A stretch of 64,000 nt of DNA from Armatimonadota bacterium (GCA_041690135.1 JAWLHY010000016.1:32001-96000); one strand, 5' to 3'; counted from the first letter of the stretch, positions 1-9,518 are shown. Notes: a model not told the origin generated them from the letters alone. Translations and numbers: made by a program.

Positions 1-1
1 T

Positions 2-1363
2 CCCATCGCGATTACGGAAGTCCATCACGGCTGCACCCGCGAGGAGCAGATGCGCTGGCTGCTGCAGGTGTGGCAGGCGGCCCGTTGGCTCCGAGGGCAG
101 GGCGTGGATGTGCGCGCGGTGACGGCCTGGGCGATGCTCGGGCTTTACGACTGGAATGTGCTGTGTGTGAGCTGCAACGGCCACTACGAACCGGGGGTGT
201 ACGACGTGCGCTCCGGCACGCCCCGCCCTACGGCGCTTGCCGGGATGCTGGCGGAACTAGGCGCCGGGCGAACCCCGCACCACCCCGTACTCGCTGCGCC
301 CGGCTGGTGGGAGCGGGCCGACCGGCTGCATTACCCGCCGGTCCGGGCGTCGGATGGCCTGGATGCCGTACCCGCGGAACCGGCCCGCAAGGCGGAACCG
401 CCCCGCGAGCGCGAGAGCGGCTCGTCTCGCAGAGCCCGGCCGCTGTTGATTACGGGCGCCACGGGTACCCTGGGACGGGCCTTCGCCCGCCTTTGTGAGG
501 TCCGGGGACTCCCTTACCGCCTCCTGCGGCGCCAGGAAATGGATATTGCCGTGCCGTTCGCCGTGGAAGAGGTGCTCGACGAACTGGAGCCGTGGGCGGT
601 GATCAATACAGCCGGCTACGTGCGCGTGGATGCAGCGGAGGCGGAGGCGGAGCGGTGCTACCGCGAAAACGTGGAAGGACCCGAGATCCTGGCTCGCGTA
701 TGCGCGAAGCGGGGAATACCCCTGGTGACCTATTCGTCGGACCTGGTATTCGACGGGACCAAGGCGGAGCCTTATTGCGAGAGCGATCCTACCCGGCCGC
801 TCTCCGTTTACGGCCGCAGCAAGATCGAGGCGGAGCAGCGGGTTCTCGATCGGCATCCGGCGGCGCTGGTCCTGCGTACCAGTGCTTTCTTCGGGCCGTG
901 GGATGAACATAACTTCGTCACCCTGGCGCTGCGGGAACTGCAGGCCGGGAAGCCCTTCGTGGCCATGCAAGACGCCGTCGTTTCACCCACCTACGTGCCG
1001 GACCTGGTCCATGCCACCCTGGACCTCCTGATCGACGGAGAAAGCGGCTTGTGGCACCTCGCCAACCGCGGCGCCGTCACCTGGCTGGATCTCGCGCGGC
1101 AGGCGGCAACGGCGGCCGGAGTCGATCCGGTTCGCCTGGAAGGGCGACCGGCTGCGGCATTTGATCTACCGGCCCGCCGGCCGGTGTGGAGCGTGCTGGG
1201 TAGCGAGCGGGGATTGCTGCTACCGCCGCTGGAAGACGCCCTGGGGCGCTATCTCCGGGAGCGGGTGCCCCTCCCGGCAGCAGAGGTCACCAGTAGTATC
1301 CCAACCCTGGCGGCAGCGGATCTCCAGGTGGAAGAGCGGGCGCTCGCAGGCGCGCAGGCGTAG
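2..1363 (+). CDS. Glycoside hydrolase family 1-like / dTDP-4-dehydrorhamnose reductase (RmlD-like) fusion, 5' truncated by window
   Basis: Frame is open from position 2 (PIAITEVHHGCTREEQMRW; the ITE motif is GH1 nucleophile-like). C-terminal SDR domain has GATGTLG, YSSDLVFDG and YGRSK. Confidence 0.8.
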   Translation, partial: PIAITEVHHGCTREEQMRWLLQVWQAARWLRGQGVDVRAVTAWAMLGLYDWNVLCVSCNGHYEPGVYDVRSGTPRPTALAGMLAELGAGRTPHHPVLAAPGWWERADRLHYPPVRASDGLDAVPAEPARKAEPPRERESGSSRRARPLLITGATGTLGRAFARLCEVRGLPYRLLRRQEMDIAVPFAVEEVLDELEPWAVINTAGYVRVDAAEAEAERCYRENVEGPEILARVCAKRGIPLVTYSSDLVFDGTKAEPYCESDPTRPLSVYGRSKIEAEQRVLDRHPAALVLRTSAFFGPWDEHNFVTLALRELQAGKPFVAMQDAVVSPTYVPDLVHATLDLLIDGESGLWHLANRGAVTWLDLARQAATAAGVDPVRLEGRPAAAFDLPARRPVWSVLGSERGLLLPPLEDALGRYLRERVPLPAAEVTSSIPTLAAADLQVEERALAGAQA

Positions 1364-1408
1364 GATGGCTCTCGGCGTCCGACTTGCGTTTTAGCACCCC
1401 AGCACGAC

Positions 1409-1434
1409 GGTAGCCGCCGGAGACGGCGGCTACC
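1409..1434. terminator. Hairpin between convergent genes
   Basis: Perfect 11-bp stem GGTAGCCGCCG-GAGA-CGGCGGCTACC followed by ATTAATT. Confidence 0.6.
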
Positions 1435-1485
1435 ATTAATTCCAGTTGTTCCCGGGGAGCCTGCTATCCCCGATGCGCGGTAACG

Positions 1486-2004
1486 CTATGCGGCCTGGAG
1501 ATAGGCCTCTTCGCCGGTTTCGAAGCTCGGGCGAGCGAGAGAGAGGACCTCGTAGCGGAGCAGGCCGACCGGGGCTTCGACTTCGATGGTCTCCCCTACC
1601 CGCTTGTTCAGTAGCGCGGCGCCGACGGGACATTCGCTGGAGATCCAGTCCCGCAGCGGGTCCGCTTCGGCGGAACTGACCACGCGCAACTCCCAGGTAT
1701 CGTCCGACTCCAGGTCCCGCAGCGTTACCTGCGAGCCGAGACCTACGTAATCGGTGGGAATCTCTTCGGCACTCAATGGCACGGCCGCGCCCACCACGTA
1801 CTGAAGCAGGGCAATCCGCTCATCGAGGAAAGAGGCCTCCGTGCTGTTGTCCTCGCCCTCATCCTCGTCGATCTTGCGTCCGTTTGCCTGGAGCTCGCGC
1901 ACCCGCTCTGCCACTTCCGAACGGCGCGCCGCGCGCAACTCCTGCAGCTCATTCTCCAATCTGCGGAGCCCGGCCTCGGTTACGAAGAGAGTTCTATCTT
2001 CCAT
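1486..2004 (-). CDS. greA: GreA/GreB family transcription elongation factor (divergent acidic tip)
   Basis: TEAGLRRLENELQEL...R..VAER coiled coil; C-terminal VGLGSQVTL, EAD...ISSECPVGAALL.KRVGE.IEVEAP. ATG at 2004 follows AAGGAA. Confidence 0.85.
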   Translation of the reverse strand: MEDRTLFVTEAGLRRLENELQELRAARRSEVAERVRELQANGRKIDEDEGEDNSTEASFLDERIALLQYVVGAAVPLSAEEIPTDYVGLGSQVTLRDLESDDTWELRVVSSAEADPLRDWISSECPVGAALLNKRVGETIEVEAPVGLLRYEVLSLARPSFETGEEAYLQAA

Positions 2005-2216
2005 TTCCTTTTTTCCATATACAGTAGAAGCAGGGCCGGTTCGACCCATGCCGAACCGGCCCCATTCAGATCCACCGAGCACGCAGACCCCCAAGGCCGT
2101 AGAACCGACGGAGGCAGGCAGACGACCCAGGGGAACTGCCTGGGAGTACTCTCGGGTGAACCGCCCATGATCTACCCACAATTCGCGCGGAAAAACCCGG
2201 GTGGCTGCGCGGATTA

Positions 2217-2319
2217 GGATGAGGATGAAGATTAGGATGAGGAGGGGCGGACTGGATGAGGATGAAGATTAGGATGAGGAGGGCGGATTGGATGAGGATG
2301 AAGATTAGGATGAGGAGGG
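2217..2319 (+). repeat. Three identical 30-bp purine-rich direct repeats
   Basis: GGATGAGGATGAAGATTAGGATGAGGAGGG at 2217, 2254 and 2290, with 7- and 6-nt linkers. Confidence 0.95.
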
Positions 2320-2612
2320 TGGTACGCGTACCCCAGGGGCGTGAGGCGTGATTAGTGATGCGTAACGCGTAAGGGGGCGAACGAGGGGGTGATGGGGTTA
2401 CTGGGGGGCGGTGCGCGCGCAGGAGCGTTAGGCTTGAGGGAACGAGTAGGGGGCAGGGGTGTTGGTTGGGGGGCGGGCGGGGGTTGGTTGGGGGGGCGGT
2501 CTGACGGGCGGAGGGGACGGGGCGGGTAAGAGCCAGGGAGAGATGAAAAGCGAGCCGGAGTCCAGGTCTACTGGAATGCGGCCTGGTTCTCCAGGAGAAC
2601 AGGGAGGAAGGA

Positions 2613-3011
2613 ATGGCGATTATCTCGACCCGGGTCCACGGGATCCTCGACTACGCCACGGCTGGACTGATCGTCGTCCTGGCGTGGTTCGCGGGCTGGG
2701 GCACGGTGCTCTCCGGAGTGCTGCTGGCGTTCGCGGTGGCGATCACCGCCGTCAGTCTCTGCACAAACTACGAGCTGGGGGTCTTCCGTATCCTGCCGAT
2801 GACCGCGCACCTGGGATTGGACTACCTGATGGGCGGCTTATTGCTGGTTGCGGCGTTCCTGGTAGGAGGGGGCGCCGGTTGGATCCAGGCGGCCCTGGTG
2901 ATCCTGGCGATTGCGGAGTTTGGCGTGGCGCTGATCACCAACCCGGTGCCGGCGGAGCAGTCGCCGGTAGAAGCAGGCACTGCCGGGCGGAACCGCGCGC
3001 AGACGTTCTGA
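2613..3011 (+). CDS. SPW-repeat-like small membrane protein
   Basis: ISTRVHGILDY, SLCTNYELG...LPMTAHLGLD; four hydrophobic helices; GGAGGAAGG RBS. Confidence 0.8.
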   Translation: MAIISTRVHGILDYATAGLIVVLAWFAGWGTVLSGVLLAFAVAITAVSLCTNYELGVFRILPMTAHLGLDYLMGGLLLVAAFLVGGGAGWIQAALVILAIAEFGVALITNPVPAEQSPVEAGTAGRNRAQTF

Positions 3012-3404
3012 TGCGTGGTACGTGTTGTGTAATGGTTCGTGCGGGGTGGCTGCGGTGGCAGAGGGGCTACCCCGGGCGAGTATGTAACGATGGGTGACGC
3101 GTGAAAGTCTAGGGCAGAAGTTGGATCGGCCCCCCTCGGAAGCTGAAGTTTGCCTGTAGGGGCTGTGACTGCGTGTCGCGAGAGGCGTGACGCCATGCGG
3201 CGTGGCTTTGCCTGCGGGGAAACCGGAGCGCCGGTAGGCTTGCAGTCGGATCCGGAACATCAGAGGCGGGGCGGGTGTGGAGCGGTGGGAAAACCGGAGT
3301 ACCCGTCCCGCTCTTTGATGTTGCTCCAGTGCTGAAAGCGCCGGTTGCCCGGAATGCGTCTACAACTGCTATGTGTTAGGGATTTGCGGGAGGCAAACGA
3401 ACCG

Positions 3405-3845
3405 ATGAGCGAGGTCAGTGCGGAGAGGCTGCTGGAGCGTCTGGAGACGCTCGAGGAGCGGGTTCAGGCTCAGGAGCGAGAGTTAGACCACCTGCGGCGC
3501 CAGTGCGGAGTGCACCGAACTCCTTTCCGGATAGTGGACGACCAGGGCCGGACAATCGTCGACATCCACTCGACGGAAAGTGGCACCCACCTCCGCTTGC
3601 TCGACGGTACCGGTCGGTTCCTGGTGTCCCTTGCCGGGGTCGGAAGCGGTGGAAGCCTTGTTATCCACAACAATACGGGTGCGGAAGTGGTGGGATTGGC
3701 GGCAGGCCATCACGGCGGCGGTATCGTCGTGTCATCCAACGAAGGCCAACTCGCAAGCTGGATGAATGTGACCGGGGCAGGAGGGCATGTGGTTACCCGG
3801 ACTGCGGAAGGCGTCATCTCCGGGTCAATTCCGCCAGTTGATTAG
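3405..3845 (+). CDS. Hypothetical protein (N-terminal coiled coil plus repeated beta-strand units)
   Basis: LERLETLEERV coiled coil, then ~22-aa repeats (FRIVDDQG / LRLLDGTG / LVIHNNTG / IVVSSNEG); GGGAGG upstream. Confidence 0.7.
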   Translation: MSEVSAERLLERLETLEERVQAQERELDHLRRQCGVHRTPFRIVDDQGRTIVDIHSTESGTHLRLLDGTGRFLVSLAGVGSGGSLVIHNNTGAEVVGLAAGHHGGGIVVSSNEGQLASWMNVTGAGGHVVTRTAEGVISGSIPPVD

Positions 3846-4188
3846 CCACCCGGCCTGGTCTCCGCTCGGTCTCCCGTGCCCCGGCCCACGGTGTCGCCAC
3901 CGTTCGAGAAGCGTGATGCGGACGTAGCACCAGGTGCCGCAAGATGCGGGCGCTCGAGGGCGGTCTGCAATCTCGATCCACGAATGAGATGACTGCAATG
4001 AAGGACGGGCCTTCTGGTGCCACACCGTTCATTAGGGGTTACTGTGAGTCGCGCGTCACAGCATGTGCAGATATTCAACATGATCGGGTATGATCGTTAG
4101 AGTAATCGATGAGCGGTAAAATGCCCGTAGTGCCACAGCACCATGCGAGCGACAACTGGCGGACTGCCGAACACCTTGGGTTGCAGTT

Positions 4189-5205
4189 GTGATGAGAGAA
4201 GCCCCCACCTTTCCGGCATCCCCCGAGTCCTCATCCGACGGGAATTCGGTCCCCTCTTCCTCTCCTCACACGGCACCAGGTCCGGTGGCGATTGTGGAGA
4301 TTCCAATCGAGCATCTCGCGCCCGACCCATTTCAGCCACGGTCGCGCTTTACCGAGGAAACAATCCGGCAATTGGCCGAGTCGATCCACCACCACGGGGT
4401 CCTGCAACCCCTACTGCTGCGTCCGATGCAGGGTCCGAACAGCCGCGAGCGTTATTGGATCGTGGCCGGAGAGCGGCGTTATCGCGCCGCACAACTCCTG
4501 GGGCTCAAGACTCTCCCCTGCCGGGTGATGCCCTATGAGAATCTGGCGGCGGCCGTAATCGCCCTGGCGGAAAACGTGCACCGGGAGGACCTCAGCGAGA
4601 TTGACAAGGCCGCGGCGTTGCTCCGCCTCAAGACGCTGACCGACCGCACCTGGGATGAGGTGGCGGAAATCGTGAAACTTTCTCGGGACTATGTGAAACG
4701 GCTAGCCGGGCTGTTGCGGCTGGAGCAAGCCGTACAGGAGCAGGTTCGCAATGGGCTGATCTCCGTGCGCACGGCGATCGCCTTACGTCCCCTGGAGGCA
4801 CGGCAGCAGGTGGAGATGGCCGAAAGGGTAATCAGGGAGGGTCTCACGGCCGAACAGGTCCGCGAGGAAGTGGCCCGGCGCCGCGCCGCGCGCTCCGGAA
4901 AGAAACGCGGGCAGAGCGAAGATCCCGCCGGAACTGCCGCGGCGACCGAGAAGGCAAACGCGCGTCCCACTAAGGTGACCGGTCGCCTTGAACAGTACAC
5001 CGAGATCATTCGCGAGATCGATACCTGGCTGGAAAGCCGGGAGTGGGCCCCCAGCCGGGTCAGCGAGCGCCAACGAGCACGGCTGGAAGACCTTTATGAG
5101 GGAGTCAGCCTGCTCCAGCAGCAACTGGCGGCCATCCGGCGCGGTCTCCGGGATGCGGAAGTTTCCGATGCGGAGAAGCTACGTCGCGTGGATCTTCCCT
5201 TCTAA
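4189..5205 (+). CDS. ParB/RepB/Spo0J family protein (orphan)
   Basis: PDPFQPR, LAESI..HGVLQPLL, IVAGERRYRAA (CTP-binding box II), ALAENVHREDL, HTH TWDEVAEIVKLSRDYV. Confidence 0.9.
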   Translation: MMREAPTFPASPESSSDGNSVPSSSPHTAPGPVAIVEIPIEHLAPDPFQPRSRFTEETIRQLAESIHHHGVLQPLLLRPMQGPNSRERYWIVAGERRYRAAQLLGLKTLPCRVMPYENLAAAVIALAENVHREDLSEIDKAAALLRLKTLTDRTWDEVAEIVKLSRDYVKRLAGLLRLEQAVQEQVRNGLISVRTAIALRPLEARQQVEMAERVIREGLTAEQVREEVARRRAARSGKKRGQSEDPAGTAAATEKANARPTKVTGRLEQYTEIIREIDTWLESREWAPSRVSERQRARLEDLYEGVSLLQQQLAAIRRGLRDAEVSDAEKLRRVDLPF

Positions 5206-5206
5206 G

Positions 5207-6034
5207 TCAGGTGAGGAGAGCGCGAAGACGAGAGAGCGCGCGGCGTTCGAGACGAGAAACGTGCATCTGGGAGATGCCCAGTTTCGCCGCGACTTCGCCC
5301 TGGGTGGCCTCGCCAAAGAAACGCTCCTGGATGATCCGGCGTTCCCGTTCATCCAGGCAGGAGAGGGCCTGCGCGATAGTTTCGCGGATCTCCAGCGACT
5401 CGAACGCCGGCTCTTCCGTCCCGATCGCATCCAGGTAGTGGCCGCTGCGGTCATCATCCTCCCAGGTCCGTGAGTCCAGGGAGACCGGATAGTAGAGGAG
5501 GTCGACCTCCATCGCCTCGATGACACGCTCTTCCGGCGCCTCTACCGCGCGGGCCAATTCGGCGGTGGTGGGGCTCCTTCCCAATTCCTGTTCGAGAGTC
5601 AGGCGCACCACCCGGATGCGGTTCGCCAGCTCTCGCAAGCGACGTGGCGCGTAAACGAACCAGGTATGATCGCGCAGGTAATGCTTGATCACCCCCACGA
5701 TCGTCGGCATCGCGAAGGAGGTGAAGCTGAGACCGAGATCCGGGTCGTACCGTTCGATGGCGGCGATCAGCCCAATATAGCCGACCTGAAGGAGATCTTC
5801 CGAGGTGACGGCCTCTCCGGGCGAAAAGCGACCCGCGAGAAAACGCACGAGACGAGTGTGGCGGAGTACGATCTCGTTCCGCAGCCGGAGGTCCCGGGTC
5901 CGATGATAGGTACGTAACAATCGCTCGCATTCCCGCCGCTCACGCGCGAGGGCGGTGTTTTCTGCCTCCGTGCGAGGCGTGCGCGCGACATCGCGTAGGG
6001 GTGGGCGCCCAGGAACCCGATTTGCTTGGTGCAT
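5207..6034 (-). CDS. SigB/SigF/SigG-family RNA polymerase sigma factor
   Basis: EDLLQVGYIGLIAAIERYDP, FTSFAMPTIVGVIKHYLRD, TQGEVAAKLGISQMHVSRLERRAL. Confidence 0.92.
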   Translation of the reverse strand: MHQANRVPGRPPLRDVARTPRTEAENTALARERRECERLLRTYHRTRDLRLRNEIVLRHTRLVRFLAGRFSPGEAVTSEDLLQVGYIGLIAAIERYDPDLGLSFTSFAMPTIVGVIKHYLRDHTWFVYAPRRLRELANRIRVVRLTLEQELGRSPTTAELARAVEAPEERVIEAMEVDLLYYPVSLDSRTWEDDDRSGHYLDAIGTEEPAFESLEIRETIAQALSCLDERERRIIQERFFGEATQGEVAAKLGISQMHVSRLERRALSRLRALLT

Positions 6035-6264
6035 GATGGTTCATTGGTTTAGAGGTCATCAGGAAAAACCCGGCCAGGCTAAGGCACCGGCGAATTTGCC
6101 GGATTCTCTCGCCCGACCGGGCGACGCAGAAGGACCTCGTACATGGCATTGAGAGGCTAACGGCCATCTATACCACCGCGTCACGCGCGTAAAACGGGAA
6201 TTGCGCGCGAAAACTCCAGGTCTTTCTGACGCATTTGGTACAGAGGTACGCGTACCACCGACGC

Positions 6265-6470
6265 ATGCCGGCGCCCGCGCTGGCTCGGGTTGCGGCGGAA
6301 ATCACGGGCCGTGGCCGCGGGGTCAAGGTGAACATCGACGAAGCGCCGGGCCTCGCTCACCCAATGCGGGTGCATGCGGTACCGGGCCTGACGATCTTCT
6401 GAAACGGAACGGTGGTGGGCGCGCTGAAGGGGTGGCAGTCCGTAAAAGTGCTGATCGGACAAATAAAAAC
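6265..6470 (+). pseudogene. Thioredoxin remnant
   Basis: Manual translation: MPAPALARVAAEITGRGRGVKVNIDEAPGLAHPMRVHAVPGLTIF*NGTVVGALKGWQSVKVLIGQI. This follows the Trx pattern after CxxC. In-frame TGA at 6400-6402; no WCxxC. Confidence 0.7.
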
Positions 6471-6494
6471 GCCGCATCCCAGAGGAATGCGGCG
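6461..6494 (-). terminator. Rho-independent terminator of the tRNA pair
   Basis: Minus strand CGCCGCATTCC-TCTG-GGATGCGGCG followed by TTTTTATTT. Confidence 0.8.
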
Positions 6495-6508
6495 GGCCTG
6501 GTTAACCA

Positions 6509-6580
6509 AGCCGACGGTCGGATTCGAACCGACGGCCTGCTGTTTACGAAACAGCTGCTCTACCACTGAGCTACGTCGGC
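6509..6580 (-). tRNA. tRNA-Thr(CGT)
   Basis: GCCGACGTAGCTCAGTGGTAGAGCA...GCTGT-TTCGTAA-ACAGC...GGTTCGAATCC; acceptor stem pairs; CCA not encoded. Confidence 0.95.
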
Positions 6581-6600
6581 GCAGCCGCCGGACGACGGCA

Positions 6601-6673
<73 letters not shown>

Positions 6674-6714
6674 GTATCGGGAGTGAACTGCGTTCACCGA
6701 ACCGAACGAGCGCA

Positions 6715-6743
6715 ATTATAGGAAAAGGCGAGCGGGCCGTCAA
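6715..6743 (-). promoter_or_regulatory. Sigma70 promoter for tRNA-Phe/Thr
   Basis: Minus strand TTGACG (6743-6738), 17-bp spacer, TATAAT (6720-6715). Confidence 0.85.
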
Positions 6744-6956
6744 GGGGTTTCGCGTGGCGATTTCTACCGGAAGAGCCGGAGCGCAGCGGCGAGTGGAACT
6801 GCCCCCTGAAATGACAACTGCCATGCTAACTCTGTGGTGGATCCGTTTCGTAGAAGGAAACGGGAACCACTAGAGGCGAACCAGTCCCCAAACGTATAAC
6901 GTATAGGTGGTTGGACCGCGAGTTTACCCCCAGCCCCAGAAGGAGTTCGATCCCCC

Positions 6957-8111
6957 ATGGCAGGTGTGACGCTGAAAAAGCTGACCAAGGCCTTCAAGGA
7001 AGTGGTCGCTGTGGACCAGGTGGACCTGGACATTAAAGACAAGGAGTTCATGGTTCTGGTCGGCCCCTCCGGTTGTGGCAAGTCCACCTGTCTCCGGATG
7101 ATCGCGGGCCTGGAGGAGTCGACTTCGGGCGAGATCTATATTGGGGACCGGCTGGTCAACGACGTGTCGCCGAAGGATCGCGACATCGCCATGGTGTTCC
7201 AGAACTACGCTCTCTACCCGCACATGACCGTCTACGAGAACATGGCGTTCGGCCTGAAACTGCGGATGTTGGGGGGGATGTTCTGGCAGTTGACCCACTG
7301 GGGAGAAGCGCAGAAGCGGAAGGCGGAGATTCGCCAGCGGGTGCTGGACGCGGCCCGGCGCCTCGATCTGGAGAAACTGCTGGAGCGCAAGCCGAAGCAG
7401 CTTTCCGGCGGACAGCGCCAGCGCGTAGCCCTGGGACGGGCCATCGTCCGCGAGCCGCAGGTCTTCCTGATGGACGAACCGCTCTCCAACCTGGACGCCA
7501 AACTGCGCGTCCAGACCCGGGCCGAGCTCATCAAACTCCACCGCAGCCTGGGGGTCACCACCGTCTACGTCACCCACGATCAGGTCGAGGCCATGACGAT
7601 GGGAGACCGGATCACGGTGATGAAGGATGGCCTGATCCAGCAGTGCGACACCCCGTTGAACCTGTATCACCACCCCGCGAATATGTTCGTCGCCGGGTTC
7701 ATCGGCAGCCCCAGCATGAATTTCATCGACGCGAAGGTCGAGAAGAACTCCGAGGGCTATGTTCTCGATGCCGGGAGCATCAATGTGCAGGCGCCTAAGC
7801 TGGCGACCGAGCGCCTGGGCGCCTATGCCGGGCAGACCGTGGTCTTCGGCTTCCGACCGTCCGACATCTACGGCACGGACCGCCTGCCCCCCAACCTCAC
7901 GGGCCACGGGGGTAACACCATCCGCGCCCTCTGCGAGGTGACGGAGCCGATGGGCGACCGCATGCACCTCTACCTCTCCAACGCTCCGCACACCTTCGTG
8001 GCGGACGTGGACTCGGAGACGAAGGTCGCCGAAGAGCGAGAGGTCGAGCTCGTCATCGACATGGAACGCACGCACGCCTTCGATAAGAAGACGGAGCAGG
8101 CGATCTACTGA
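6957..8111 (+). CDS. Sugar ABC transporter ATP-binding protein (MalK/UgpC/MsmX family)
   Basis: [37 protein letters not shown]-terminal TOBE region; AGAAGGAG RBS. Confidence 0.95.
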   Translation: MAGVTLKKLTKAFKEVVAVDQVDLDIKDKEFMVLVGPSGCGKSTCLRMIAGLEESTSGEIYIGDRLVNDVSPKDRDIAMVFQNYALYPHMTVYENMAFGLKLRMLGGMFWQLTHWGEAQKRKAEIRQRVLDAARRLDLEKLLERKPKQLSGGQRQRVALGRAIVREPQVFLMDEPLSNLDAKLRVQTRAELIKLHRSLGVTTVYVTHDQVEAMTMGDRITVMKDGLIQQCDTPLNLYHHPANMFVAGFIGSPSMNFIDAKVEKNSEGYVLDAGSINVQAPKLATERLGAYAGQTVVFGFRPSDIYGTDRLPPNLTGHGGNTIRALCEVTEPMGDRMHLYLSNAPHTFVADVDSETKVAEEREVELVIDMERTHAFDKKTEQAIY

Positions 8112-8118
8112 TCCGCCC

Positions 8119-9468
8119 GTGACGTACCAAGAAGCCGTCGACTACCTCGACTCGCTGGCGCAGTTCGGCTGGAAGCTGGACCTCGCCCGGATCGAGAGGC
8201 TGTGCGCCCTGGCGGACCACCCCGAACGCCGGTTTCCCGCAGTGCTCGTGGGCGGTAGCGCCGGCAAGGGATCTACCTGCGGGTTTCTTTCTGCCATACT
8301 CCAGGCGGCCGGCCTGCGGTCGGGCACGGCCCCAAAGCCGCACCTGCACACCCACCGCGAGCGGGTGCAGGTCGACGGTGAACTGATCTCCGCGGAGCAG
8401 TTCGCTGCCATAATGGAACGGATCGTGCCATTGTCCGCGCGTGTCACCGAGGAAGAGGGTTCCCCCACCGTCTTCGAGGTGATGACGCTGCTCTCTTTTC
8501 TGCACTTTGCCGAGAGCGGAGTGGACCGCGCTGTTATCGAGGTGGGACTCGGAGGGCGGTTCGACGCCACCAATGTGCTGCCCGCCGACCTCTCCATCAT
8601 CACGATGATCGGTTTGGACCACACGGACCGGCTCGGGGATACGGTCGAGCAGATCGCCTTCGAAAAGGCCGGCATCATCAAGCCCGGACGGCGGCTGGTA
8701 ACCGGCGCCTCCGGGGGGGCGCTAGAGGTGATCGAGGCCGTAGCGCGAGAACGGGCCGCCGAGATCTGGAGACTCCATCGCGAGATCCGGTATGGGAACG
8801 TACGGGCTGGTCGTTACGGGAGCACGTTCGATCTGGAAACGCCGCTGGGTTTCCTGGCCGACCTGCAGGTGGCAATGACCGGTGAGCACCAGGTCCACAA
8901 CGCCTCCCTGGCCGCCGCGGCCGCGCTCTGGCTGCGGGACGCACACATTGGGTTGGACGAAGCAAGCGTGCGGACCGGACTGGAACGGACGCGGGTTCCC
9001 GGACGCCTAGAGGTAGTCGGGGAAAGGCCGCTCGTGCTCGTTGATGCCGCTCACAGCCCCGACCGGGCGGAAGCCCTGGCCGCCAGCCTGCGCGATCTGT
9101 ATCTGCCGGAACAGCCCGGCGCACGGCTCATCCTGGTCATCGGCTGTTCCACCGGACATGCGCCCGAGGTGGTGGTCAGCCGTCTGGCGCCCCTGGCAGC
9201 AGAACTTATCGCCACTCGCAGCCGGCACCCGGCGGCCATTCCTACGAGCGAGATCGCCGCTTCCGCCCGGACCACCGGCGTTCCGGTGACGGAAATCGAA
9301 CCGGTCGCCGCCGCGCTCAACCACGCCCGGTCGCTAGCACGCCCCGAAGACATCGTGCTGGTGACCGGTTCCCTGTTCGTGGCGGGCGAGGCACTGGAAG
9401 CCTGGGGAACGGACGCTACGGTTGGGCGAGTGAACTCGCGCCTCCACACGGCGAGGCCTCACCCCTAG
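8119..9468 (+). CDS. folC: Folylpolyglutamate synthase / dihydrofolate synthase
   Basis: GSAGKGST, PHL...RER, EVGLGGRFDATN, LDHTDRLG, EKAGIIK, PGRLE, VTGSLF. Confidence 0.93.
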   Translation: MTYQEAVDYLDSLAQFGWKLDLARIERLCALADHPERRFPAVLVGGSAGKGSTCGFLSAILQAAGLRSGTAPKPHLHTHRERVQVDGELISAEQFAAIMERIVPLSARVTEEEGSPTVFEVMTLLSFLHFAESGVDRAVIEVGLGGRFDATNVLPADLSIITMIGLDHTDRLGDTVEQIAFEKAGIIKPGRRLVTGASGGALEVIEAVARERAAEIWRLHREIRYGNVRAGRYGSTFDLETPLGFLADLQVAMTGEHQVHNASLAAAAALWLRDAHIGLDEASVRTGLERTRVPGRLEVVGERPLVLVDAAHSPDRAEALAASLRDLYLPEQPGARLILVIGCSTGHAPEVVVSRLAPLAAELIATRSRHPAAIPTSEIAASARTTGVPVTEIEPVAAALNHARSLARPEDIVLVTGSLFVAGEALEAWGTDATVGRVNSRLHTARPHP

Positions 9469-9518
9469 GGTTCCCGCCGCAGGCTAACCCGAGAGAAGCG
9501 GTTCTTCCTTAGCAGCGC

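Noticed and set aside
2217-2319. Possible CRISPR array (30-bp repeats, 36-37-bp period)
   Set aside because: Linkers are only 6-7 nt and nearly identical, the repeat is low-complexity, and there are no cas genes.
3098-3330. RNase P (GAAAGTC) or tmRNA (GGGGCTG...GCTCCA) look-alike
   Set aside because: The RNase P 3' consensus and a T-arm are missing, the acceptor stem is incomplete, and the region is too short.
6400-6402. Selenocysteine TGA in the thioredoxin-like frame
   Set aside because: The TGA is not at the redox-active position and the CxxC region is absent, so decay is the simpler explanation.
7260-7330. Short insertion ([16 protein letters not shown]) in the MalK-like ATPase
   Set aside because: Variable insertions in this helical region are common in sugar ABC ATPases, and it shows no repeat or intein features.
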